A stretch of 45,155 bases of DNA, taken from Clostridiales bacterium (lineage in GTDB: Bacteria; Bacillota; Clostridia; Christensenellales; CAG-138). Position numbers and translations under genes: made by a program. The notes below the pieces were generated by a model. That model had not been told where the DNA came from. It did no database searches and saw nothing but the letters and a program-made list of their open reading frames with translations. The DNA is taken from NCBI GenBank assembly GCA_013824375.1, contig PNNR01000048.1, positions 1 to 45,155 of the forward strand, in the 5' to 3' direction. Numbering within the stretch: the stretch's first letter is position 1; each line of letters opens with the position of its first letter. Of the stretch, positions 8,086 to 16,182 are shown piece by piece.

Positions 8086-8921
8086 CGGTCAAAGAGACGA
8101 AGCTTCCCAAGGAAGTCGTGTCCATCGAGGCGGATCCCGCCTGGGCGAGCGTCATGAGCGCACGTAAGGAAGACCGCCCGCAGGCGCGGGATTATATCGA
8201 AAAACTCTTTCACGGCGTGTTTGAGGTGCGCGGGGACCAGTGCATGGGCGACGACGAGGCAATCGTCACCGCTGTGGCGTGGTTTGAAACGTATCCAGTG
8301 ACCATCATCGGTCAGCAAAAGGGGCACACGCTGGAGGAGCGCATGCGCTGTAATTTCGGCATGCCGTCTCCAGAAGGTTATCGCAAATCCATGCGGGCAC
8401 TGCGGCAGGCGGAGAAATTCCACCGTCCCGTCATTTGCCTCGTGGATACGCCCGGCGCGTTCTGCGGCATCGAAGCCGAGGCGAAGGGCCAGGGCCGCGT
8501 GATCGCGGAGCACCTCAAGGCCATGGCGACGGTGAAAACGCCCTGCATCTCGATCATCATCGGTGAAGGCGGCAGCGGCGGCGCGCTCGCGCTCTCGTTG
8601 GCCGATCGGCTGATCATGCTCGAGAACAGCTACTTTTCCGTGATCTCACCGGAGGGCGCCGCGTCGATTTTGTTCAAGGACAGCACGCTTGCCGCTGAGG
8701 CCGCGAAGAACCTAAAACTTACGGCGGGCGATCTCAAGCGATTCGGTATTGTGGACGGCATCATCCGCGAACCGGAGGGGTATTCCCGCTTCCATATGGA
8801 CGAGAGCGCGGAGGCGGTCAGGAAAGCCATTCGCAATGCGCTGAAGCGGCTGACCACGCTCCCGCCGGATCGGCTGGTCGAACAGCGGCAGCAGAAGTAC
8901 TTAAATATGAGATGGCATTGA
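8082..8921 (+). CDS. accA: Acetyl-CoA carboxylase carboxyltransferase alpha subunit
   Basis: ATGA overlap with the accD stop; motifs MPSPEGYRKSMRALRQAEKF, DTPGAFCGIEAE, IIIGEGGSGGALAL. Confidence 0.92.
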   Translation: MTVKETKLPKEVVSIEADPAWASVMSARKEDRPQARDYIEKLFHGVFEVRGDQCMGDDEAIVTAVAWFETYPVTIIGQQKGHTLEERMRCNFGMPSPEGYRKSMRALRQAEKFHRPVICLVDTPGAFCGIEAEAKGQGRVIAEHLKAMATVKTPCISIIIGEGGSGGALALSLADRLIMLENSYFSVISPEGAASILFKDSTLAAEAAKNLKLTAGDLKRFGIVDGIIREPEGYSRFHMDESAEAVRKAIRNALKRLTTLPPDRLVEQRQQKYLNMRWH

Positions 8922-8984
8922 CCATTACGAAATAAGTCGCCGATTTAAAAGGCAAAAGTTCTTTGAAAGTAGGGGTAATACAAA

Positions 8985-9980
8985 GTGTTAGCACCGGTTT
9001 CAATTACGGGCATCGGCAAGTGCGTGCCCGAAAAAGTAGTGACCAACGATGATCTCGCGCAATTGGTGGAAACCAGCGACGAATGGATCAGCAAACGCAC
9101 TGGCATCCGCTCGCGCCACGTCGCAGTGGAAGAGACGGCTACGGGGCTTGCGATCTCGGCGGCAAAGGACGCGCTCGCGATGTCCGGCGAAAAGCCGGAG
9201 AACGTCGGCGTCATCGTCGCCTGCACGATCACAGGCGACGACTTGACCCCTTCGCTCGCGGGGCGCGTACAAAGGGCGCTTGGCATCCCTGTTTGTGCGG
9301 CGATGGACGTCTCCGCTGGTTGCACAGGCTTTGTCTACGCGCTCGTGACCGCGGCATCGCTGATGGACGCGCTCGATAAGGACGTCGCCATCGTGGTTGC
9401 CAGCGAGCTTATGACGAAGTATTGCGATTGGACGGATCGCGCCACCTGCGTGCTCTTCGGAGACGGTGCGGGCGCGGTGGTGCTGCGCCGCGGCGAAGTG
9501 GCACATCTGCTGCACCCGATTCTTTCCGCAACGCCCGACGTTGACGACGTCATCGTCGTAAAAAAAGAGAACCGCAGCACACCGTTTACGGGCGCGGTTG
9601 AATCCCCCAGAGAATCCATCCGCATGAAGGGCGCGGACGTGTTTACGTATGCGGCGGCTGTCATGGAAGCAACGCTGACCGAACTGCGCAAACGCTGCGG
9701 CGGGCAGCCGTACAACAAGGTAGTGCCGCATCAGGCGAATGAGAAGATCATCGATTTCGCGGTGCGCACCATGAAGCTGCCGCGCGAGAATTTCTTCGTC
9801 AACATCGCAAACTATGCCAATACATCTTCCGCTTCCATTCCGATTGCGCTTTGTGACGCTATGGAGTCCGGCTGGCTGAACGCGGGCGACCGCGTGGCCA
9901 TCGTCGGTTTCGGCTCGGGCCTGACCAGCGGCGGAGCGGTGATCGATTGGACCATACAAAACAAAAAGGAGAACAAATAA
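8985..9980 (+). CDS. fabH: 3-oxoacyl-ACP synthase III
   Basis: GTG start 8 nt after AGGGGT; TSDEWISKRTGIRSRH, active-site segment SAGCTGFVYAL, PHQANEKI, GFGSGLT. Confidence 0.93.
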   Translation: MLAPVSITGIGKCVPEKVVTNDDLAQLVETSDEWISKRTGIRSRHVAVEETATGLAISAAKDALAMSGEKPENVGVIVACTITGDDLTPSLAGRVQRALGIPVCAAMDVSAGCTGFVYALVTAASLMDALDKDVAIVVASELMTKYCDWTDRATCVLFGDGAGAVVLRRGEVAHLLHPILSATPDVDDVIVVKKENRSTPFTGAVESPRESIRMKGADVFTYAAAVMEATLTELRKRCGGQPYNKVVPHQANEKIIDFAVRTMKLPRENFFVNIANYANTSSASIPIALCDAMESGWLNAGDRVAIVGFGSGLTSGGAVIDWTIQNKKENK

Positions 9981-9981
9981 C

Positions 9982-10206
9982 ATGCAGGAAAAAATTATCG
10001 AAAGCCTTATGACTCAGTTGGATCTCGATCGCGATGCGATCACGATGGAAAGCCGTTTTATCGAGGATTTCTCGATGGACTCGCTGGACATGGTGGAAAT
10101 GCTCATCAACCTCGAAAAAGAGACGGGCATCAAAGTCCCCGTTGAAGAAGTTGGAGACATCCACACAGTCGGCGAACTCATCAAGCACCTCGAAGGAAAG
10201 CAGTAA
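9982..10206 (+). CDS. acpP: Acyl carrier protein
   Basis: 74 aa with the phosphopantetheine site DSLDMVEM. Confidence 0.95.
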   Translation: MQEKIIESLMTQLDLDRDAITMESRFIEDFSMDSLDMVEMLINLEKETGIKVPVEEVGDIHTVGELIKHLEGKQ

Positions 10207-11168
10207 TGAAGTACCCCGGCACAATCTGCGAGCTGATTGGCACGCAGTATCCGCTCATTCAGGGCGGCATGGCCTGGGTTTCGGACGCAAGCTTGGCCGC
10301 TGCCGTTTCTATGGCGGGGGGATTAGGTGTCATCGCCGCGGGCAATGCGCCGCCGGAGTGGGTGGAAACGCAGGTCAAGCTCCTGCGCGAAAAGACGGAC
10401 AAGCCGTTCGGCCTCAATGTCATGCTATTAAGCCCCTATGTTTCGCAGATCGCCGATCTGGTCTATGACCTGAAGGTGCCTGTGGTCATCACGGGCGCGG
10501 GCAATCCGGACGCGTATGTCAAGCGCTGGAAAGAAGCTGGCTGTGTGGTGGCGCCCGTTGTGGCGAGCCGCGCGCTTGCGATGTTGATGGAGCGCATGGG
10601 TGCGGATTTCGTCATCGCGGAAGGCTGCGAGGCGGGCGGGCATATCGGCGAGCTCACCTCTATGGTGCTCTGGCCGGATATCGCGCGCAGCGTGGGCATT
10701 CCTGTCGTGGCGGCAGGCGGCATCTTCGATGCGGCGGGTATTGCCGCGGCCTTCTGTCTCGGAGCAAAAGGAGTGCAGGTCGGCACACGCTTCATCCTCG
10801 CGGAGGAGTGCACCGCGCATACGGAGTACAAGGAGCGCGTCGTCCGCGCAAAGGACATCGACAGTAAGGTGACGGGCCGTATCACGGGACATCCCGTTCG
10901 CGTGCTCAGAAGCCCCCTGCAGCGCGAGCTTGCCAATGCAGAGTACGGTCCGGACGGAGCGGTCGCGGTCGAAAAGCTCGGTGAAGGTTCGCTTATGCGT
11001 GCGGTATTGCACGGCGACAAAGAGCATGGCTCGTTTATGGCGGGTCAGTGTGCCTGCATGTGCGACCGGATACAGCCCGCAAGCGATATCGTGCAGGAGC
11101 TGTTTGATCCCGCTGCGATTAAGTCAGCGCTGTCCAAAGCAATCACGAGTTTGGAGGCAGACGCATGA
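10206..11168 (+). CDS. fabK: Enoyl-ACP reductase II (FMN-dependent, nitronate monooxygenase fold)
   Basis: YPLIQGGMAWVSDASLAAAVSMAGGLGVI...GCEAGGHIGE...AAGGIFD; position between acpP and fabD as in streptococcal/clostridial fab clusters. Confidence 0.88.
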   Translation: MKYPGTICELIGTQYPLIQGGMAWVSDASLAAAVSMAGGLGVIAAGNAPPEWVETQVKLLREKTDKPFGLNVMLLSPYVSQIADLVYDLKVPVVITGAGNPDAYVKRWKEAGCVVAPVVASRALAMLMERMGADFVIAEGCEAGGHIGELTSMVLWPDIARSVGIPVVAAGGIFDAAGIAAAFCLGAKGVQVGTRFILAEECTAHTEYKERVVRAKDIDSKVTGRITGHPVRVLRSPLQRELANAEYGPDGAVAVEKLGEGSLMRAVLHGDKEHGSFMAGQCACMCDRIQPASDIVQELFDPAAIKSALSKAITSLEADA

Positions 11169-12094
11169 AGACGGCATTTTTATTCCCCGGTCAGGGCTCT
11201 CAAGCACTCGGCATGGGATCGGATTTATATCTATCCTACAGCCGTTACCGCGAGGCCTTCGACCGCTGCGAAGCGGGTGCGGGGATCGACCTGAAAACCG
11301 CGTGCTTCAAAGGAGAGGGCATGGATGAAAGCTCTGTCATCCAAGCCGCGATCTTCACGCACTCTCTGGCAACTTTGCGTGCGCTCGAGGCCGAAGGCGT
11401 GCAGGCGGACGTATTCGCGGGGCTTTCGCTCGGCGAATATACGGCTCTGGCTGCATCCGGTGTGTTGATGGATGCGCAGGGAGCTTCGCTCGTGCGCAGG
11501 CGCGGCGCGGTTATGGACGGCGCAGTGCCCCCCGGCACGGGCGGCATGCTATCTGTCGTGGGACTGACGCTGGAACAGGTGGAGGCTGCGATTGTGCCGT
11601 TTGACAACGTCTTTATCGCGAACCATCTTTCCGAGACGCAGATGACGCTCGGCGGTCTCCTCGGCGAACTTGTTAGCGCGAAGACCGCACTGGAAAGTGT
11701 TGGCGCGAGAATGGCGACGATGCTTGCCATGAAGGGGCCTTCGCACTGCCCGCTTCTGAATCAGGCGGCAGAACGTTTTTCTACGGAACTTGCGGGCGAA
11801 ATCTTCGGCGAACCGTGCGGCGTTATCTACAGTAACGCGCTCGGTGCGCCGTATCCGATCGGTGCGGACTATCGCGCGCTTCTCTGCGCGCAGATGAATA
11901 CACGCGTGCGTTGGCACGACTGTGTGGAGGGTATGCTCGCGAGCGGCGTGACCCGCTTTGTCGAGATCGGACCCGGCGGCGTGCTGAGTAAGATGCTTAA
12001 ACGTCGCGTCGGTAAGGATGTTGCACTCTACAGCGTACAGGATGAGGCCTCGCTGGAGGCATTTGTCCGCGCGGATAAGGAAGGCCGGGCATGA
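11165..12094 (+). CDS. fabD: Malonyl CoA-ACP transacylase
   Basis: FLFPGQGSQ and active-site GLSLGEY; ATGA overlap with fabK. Confidence 0.93.
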   Translation: MKTAFLFPGQGSQALGMGSDLYLSYSRYREAFDRCEAGAGIDLKTACFKGEGMDESSVIQAAIFTHSLATLRALEAEGVQADVFAGLSLGEYTALAASGVLMDAQGASLVRRRGAVMDGAVPPGTGGMLSVVGLTLEQVEAAIVPFDNVFIANHLSETQMTLGGLLGELVSAKTALESVGARMATMLAMKGPSHCPLLNQAAERFSTELAGEIFGEPCGVIYSNALGAPYPIGADYRALLCAQMNTRVRWHDCVEGMLASGVTRFVEIGPGGVLSKMLKRRVGKDVALYSVQDEASLEAFVRADKEGRA

Positions 12095-12825
12095 GCGAAG
12101 CAGCTCTTGTCACGGGCGGCAGCGGCGGCATTGGCCGCGCGATCTGCCTGCAGCTTGCAAAGGACGGCTACGACGTCTGCGTACACTACAACAGCAATCG
12201 ACTTGCGGCGGAGGAAGTCTGCCGAGAGATTGAAGCACTTGGCCGCAAGGCCATCGCGCTGGGCGGTGACCTCGGCGATTCCACCGCGTGCGCCGCTTTG
12301 GTACAGGGTTGCGTGGAAACGCTCGGCGGGTTGTGCGCGCTTGTCAACAATGCGGGCGTGACTTGCGACGGGCTATTGATGCGTATGACGGACGAGCAGT
12401 ATCACAAGGTGCTGCGTTCAAACCTCGACAGCTGCTTTTTCATGACGCGCGAGGCGATCAACGTGATGGCGCGCGAAAAGCGCGGCAAAATCGTAAACAT
12501 CACATCCGTGGTTGGGCTCACGGGCAACGCGGGGCAGGTCAACTACGCCGCGAGCAAGGCCGGTATGGTGGGGCTAACGAAATCCGCCGCGAAGGAAGTC
12601 GCTCGCTGGGGCATCTGCGTTAACGCAGTCGCGCCAGGGTTCATCGAGACCGCAATGACGGACGCTATGACCGATATTGCAAAGGATGCGCTCAAAAAGA
12701 GCATCCCGATGCGTCGCATCGGTAAAGCGGAAGATGTCGCAGCTATGGTGTCGTTCCTCTGCTCGGAAGGCGCGGGGTATGTCACCGGGCAGGTATTTGT
12801 GGTAGACGGCGGCATGGCGATGTAA
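12091..12825 (+). CDS. fabG: 3-oxoacyl-ACP reductase
   Basis: SDR motifs TGGSGGIGRA, NNAG, YAASKAG; ATGA overlap with fabD. Confidence 0.93.
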   Translation: MSEAALVTGGSGGIGRAICLQLAKDGYDVCVHYNSNRLAAEEVCREIEALGRKAIALGGDLGDSTACAALVQGCVETLGGLCALVNNAGVTCDGLLMRMTDEQYHKVLRSNLDSCFFMTREAINVMAREKRGKIVNITSVVGLTGNAGQVNYAASKAGMVGLTKSAAKEVARWGICVNAVAPGFIETAMTDAMTDIAKDALKKSIPMRRIGKAEDVAAMVSFLCSEGAGYVTGQVFVVDGGMAM

Positions 12826-12857
12826 TCCAAGCCGCAACGCAAGGAGGATTAGAGGTT

Positions 12858-14090
12858 ATGGAAGTTTTTATCACCGGTATCGGTGCGGTGTCGCCCATCG
12901 GTATGACCGCGCGGGAGAGCTTTTCCGCGGCGGTTGCGGGCAAGAGCGGCATCAGCACGCCAGAATTGTTCAACTCTGAGCTGACGCAGATTTTTGCGGC
13001 AGGCCAGGTCAAAGATTTTACACCAGAGCCTTACGTCAACAAACGCGAAGCGAAGCGAATGGCGCGCTTTACGCAGATGGCGATTGTCGCCGCGGCACAG
13101 GCCTGGGAAGAAGCCGGATTCAAACCCGAGGATTATGACCCGGAGCGTGTTGGTGTGGTGCTGGGCAGCGGCATGGGCGGTTTGGACGTCATCTGTGAAC
13201 AGTATGCGGAGCTCGTCAACAATGGCCCCCGTAGCGTTTCGTCGTTCTTTATTCCCAAGGCTATCATCAACACCACTGCCGGATTGATCGCCATTCGATA
13301 TGGCCTCAGCGGCCCGTGTTACTCCGTCGTGACTGCCTGCGCTTCCGGAGCGGATGCGATCGGGCATGCGTATTACGCCGTGCGCGAAGGCAGAGTGGAC
13401 GCGATGCTTGTCGGCGGCGCGGAAGCGGTGCTCATCGAGCTTGCGGTACAGGGATTCCATCAGATGGGAGCGCTTTCCGAGAACACGGATGCCGATCACG
13501 CAAGCAGACCCTTCGACAAGGATCGCGACGGGTTCGTCATCGGAGAAGGCGCGGCGTTCATGCTGCTGGAGAGCGAAGCGAGCGTCAAGCGACGCGGCGC
13601 CAAGCCCATCGGCACGCTTGCTGGTTATGCGCAGACTTGCGACGCGCACCACATCACGGCGCCGCATCCGGAAGGCAAACAGACTATCCGCGCTATGGCG
13701 GACGCGATGAAGGACGCTGGCATTTCTAGGGAACAGGTCGGCTACATCAACGCGCACGGCACGAGCACACCGCTCAACGACGCTGCGGAGAGTGCGGCGA
13801 TCGAAGCCTGCTTTGGCGAACACGCCTCTGCGCTCAAGGTGAGCTCGACCAAGTCCATGACTGGGCACATGCTCGGCGCTGCCGGCGCGTTTGAAGCGGT
13901 GATATCATTGCTCGCGCTCAACGAAGGCATGGCTCCGCCGACCATCGGTCTCGAGGAAGAGGACGAGGTCTGCCGCCTGAATTACGTCAAGGGCAAAGCG
14001 CAGAAACTCGACAGCGAATACGCGCTCTCGAATTCCCTTGGGTTTGGCGGACACAACAGCTGCCTTGTGCTCAAGCGCGGCGGGAGGTAA
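12858..14090 (+). CDS. fabF: 3-oxoacyl-ACP synthase II
   Basis: KAS I/II hallmarks: TACASGADAIG, NAHGTSTPLND, GHMLGAAG, NSLGFGGHN. Confidence 0.94.
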   Translation: MEVFITGIGAVSPIGMTARESFSAAVAGKSGISTPELFNSELTQIFAAGQVKDFTPEPYVNKREAKRMARFTQMAIVAAAQAWEEAGFKPEDYDPERVGVVLGSGMGGLDVICEQYAELVNNGPRSVSSFFIPKAIINTTAGLIAIRYGLSGPCYSVVTACASGADAIGHAYYAVREGRVDAMLVGGAEAVLIELAVQGFHQMGALSENTDADHASRPFDKDRDGFVIGEGAAFMLLESEASVKRRGAKPIGTLAGYAQTCDAHHITAPHPEGKQTIRAMADAMKDAGISREQVGYINAHGTSTPLNDAAESAAIEACFGEHASALKVSSTKSMTGHMLGAAGAFEAVISLLALNEGMAPPTIGLEEEDEVCRLNYVKGKAQKLDSEYALSNSLGFGGHNSCLVLKRGGR

Positions 14091-14097
14091 CTTCGCA

Positions 14098-14550
14098 GTG
14101 GAGAGTAAAGAGACAATCAGCATGGGAATCGAGCAAATTAAGCAGATTCTGCCGCACCGCGAACCGTTTTTGATGGTCGATCGCGTGGACGAACTTATCC
14201 CCGGAGTCTCGGCAAAGTGCGTAAAAGCGGTTTCCGGCAACGAATGGTACTTTCAGGGGCACTTCGATAAAAAGAAAGTCATGCCCGGCGTGCTGATCGT
14301 CGAAGCCCTCGCGCAGGCGGGCGGAATCGCGCTGCTCACGCTGGAACACATGCGCGGCAAGCTCGCGTTTCTAGGCAAAATCACCAGCGCACGGTTTCAT
14401 GCGCCGGTGGTGCCGGGGGACTTGTTGGAGCTGGACTCCGTGATCACCGCGGTCAACGGTGTTGTTGGGATGGGCACCGGAACCGCGCGCGTTGCGGGAA
14501 AAAAGGTCTGCTCCTGCGAATTTGTGTTCGCGATCAAGGATCCGGACTGA
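14098..14550 (+). CDS. fabZ: 3-hydroxyacyl-ACP dehydratase
   Basis: ILPHREPFLMVDRV...GHF...MPGVLIVEALAQ. Start is GTG 14098 (10 nt after GGAGG at 14083-14087) or ATG 14122; the track ORF start 14038 overlaps fabF. Confidence 0.88.
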   Translation: MESKETISMGIEQIKQILPHREPFLMVDRVDELIPGVSAKCVKAVSGNEWYFQGHFDKKKVMPGVLIVEALAQAGGIALLTLEHMRGKLAFLGKITSARFHAPVVPGDLLELDSVITAVNGVVGMGTGTARVAGKKVCSCEFVFAIKDPD

Positions 14551-14574
14551 CGGCTGAAACAACTGTACGGCAAC

Positions 14575-14614
14575 AAAAAACAGAACGCTCGAATGTATCG
14601 GACGTTCTGTTTTA
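14575..14614. terminator. Bidirectional terminator between fabZ (+) and the LacI gene (-)
   Basis: ACAGAACG...CGTTCTGT 8-bp stem flanked by an A6 run upstream and T4 downstream. Confidence 0.6.
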
Positions 14615-14641
14615 TAGTATTGAACACTTCCGGTGTTTGGG

Positions 14642-15631
14642 TTACATTGACTCGCGGATGATGATTTCCACATCGAGCATGATCTGGCGCGGGGCGAAGT
14701 TTTCGCTGTGCATCTGCTCAATGAGCATCTCGCAGGCTAGGAAGCCCAGCTGAAACTGCGGCTGCTTGACCGTTGTCAGCGTGGGCTCACTCATGACGGA
14801 GATGTGCGTGTTGTCAAAACCGATCACGCCGAGGTCTTTCGGGATTGCGATGCCGAGGCGTTTCGCAGCCTTAATTGCAGCAACGGCGAACACGTCGGAG
14901 GCAGCAAAGATCGCTTCCGGACGCTCGGGCATGCTCAACAGCTGGGTTGCGATGGATACCGCCGCGTCGTAGGAGAACTCCGGTACGGACACGATGAGAT
15001 TCTGAACAGGGGCAATGCCCGCGGCCTCCAAGCCTTCAATGAAGCCCTGCTGGCGTTTTCTTGCGTATTTGTACTTCAGCGGTCCATTGATCATCGCGAC
15101 GCGCCGCCAGCCCTTGCTGAGGATATAGTCAACGACTGCGCGGCTTGCCGCCACGTCGTCGATAGAAACATAGGAAGCAGGGCTTTGCTCGTTATATTCT
15201 GCGCATTGGATGAGCGGGGTATGCATCTCGAGTTGTGTGATCGTATCTGCGGAGGGAATCGGATCAAGCGTAATCAATCCGTCCGCATGCGTCTTTTCGA
15301 TCATTTCCTCGATGAAGGAGAGCGTCAGCGGGTGCGACCCTGTGCGCACGATGATCTCCTGATAACCCTGTCTGCCCGCTGCGGAAGAGATGCCGCGTAT
15401 GACTTCGGAATAAAACGGATTTTCAATGTCCGGCAGCAGGATGAGGATCAAATGGCTCTCATGCCGCACGACCGTGTCATAGCCAAGCGCATAAATGGCC
15501 TGTAGGATCTTGTCATATGTGGCTTCTTTCACGCTTTCTTTATTGTTGATTGCGCGCGAGACCGTGGCGATGGAAACTCCCGTCGCATCTGCAACATCTT
15601 GTAAAGTTGTTTTCTTTTTCGATTGAGACAT
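14642..15631 (-). CDS. LacI family transcriptional regulator
   Basis: N-terminal HTH TTLQDVADATGVSIATVSRAINN plus a periplasmic-binding-protein-like sugar-binding core; 329 aa. Confidence 0.92.
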   Translation of the reverse strand: MSQSKKKTTLQDVADATGVSIATVSRAINNKESVKEATYDKILQAIYALGYDTVVRHESHLILILLPDIENPFYSEVIRGISSAAGRQGYQEIIVRTGSHPLTLSFIEEMIEKTHADGLITLDPIPSADTITQLEMHTPLIQCAEYNEQSPASYVSIDDVAASRAVVDYILSKGWRRVAMINGPLKYKYARKRQQGFIEGLEAAGIAPVQNLIVSVPEFSYDAAVSIATQLLSMPERPEAIFAASDVFAVAAIKAAKRLGIAIPKDLGVIGFDNTHISVMSEPTLTTVKQPQFQLGFLACEMLIEQMHSENFAPRQIMLDVEIIIRESM

Positions 15632-15661
15632 GCACGTTCCCTTTTCTATATACGTCAGGAT

Positions 15662-15690
15662 ATCTTATCATATTTGCATCGTTTTGTAAA
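15662..15690 (-). promoter_or_regulatory. Sigma-A type promoter of the LacI gene
   Basis: Minus strand TTTACA (15685-15690), 17-nt spacer ending in TGA, TAAGAT (15662-15667). An imperfect palindrome ATTTACA-N6-TGCAAAT overlaps the -35 and spacer. Confidence 0.55.
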
Positions 15691-15933
15691 TCGGCATCAA
15701 ATCCAAAGCTAAACTCACTTAAATGAAAATAATGAAATGTAATATTTAAAAAAATACAAAACATGTAAATATTGATGACGACATTTGAAAGAAATGATGG
15801 ATTAGAGTCAAGCGCGGGGAGTAGCAAGCATAGATTTTTTCATTCATCCTCCTTCTTCCTTCTGATATGGAACAGGCAGTACACAACAAAGGATTCACAG
15901 CAGCAGACAAAAGAGGAACCACAGCCAGCGAAT

Positions 15934-15971
15934 GCTGATGCCCGCGCACAAAAAGGGGTGCGGGCATCAGC
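15934..15971. other. Perfect 12-bp stem-loop with no U-tract, in an unassigned intergenic region
   Basis: GCTGATGCCCGC-(14 nt)-GCGGGCATCAGC. Confidence 0.6.
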
Positions 15972-16182
15972 GGCTCCGGCGAACTTGGCCATGCGGCCAG
16001 CTTTGCGTCCTTCGTTAAAAAAACACCTACTCCGGCGGTTGAAGAGCACGCAGTAAAAGCAGACACGGCTCCCGCAGCGGAAGAGCCCGCAGGAAACGAA
16101 CGGCTGTATTATCGAAGAACCCGACCAGCTTTCTATTCTCAATGCCTCTGGTGACAACAGAAGAGCAGCGCTTGTGAAACTA

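Noticed and set aside
8955-8975. AGTTCTTTGAAAGTAG upstream of fabH as a third FabT-like site
   Set aside because: It shares only the outer bases with sites 1 and 2 and is just a 3-3-3 palindrome (TTC-TTT-GAA). No promoter is evident nearby.
9000-9983. 327-aa antisense ORF opposite fabH. The same pattern occurs at 1384..2286, 12849..13868, 16378..17253, 23795..24724, 26644..27558, 28758..29894, 31365..32114, 38024..39286, 40032..40712, 41535..42392 and 42585..43412
   Set aside because: These are shadow ORFs of high-GC coding DNA. Their compositions are Arg/Ala/His-rich and they have no start context or motifs. Each lies opposite a gene with unambiguous family signatures.
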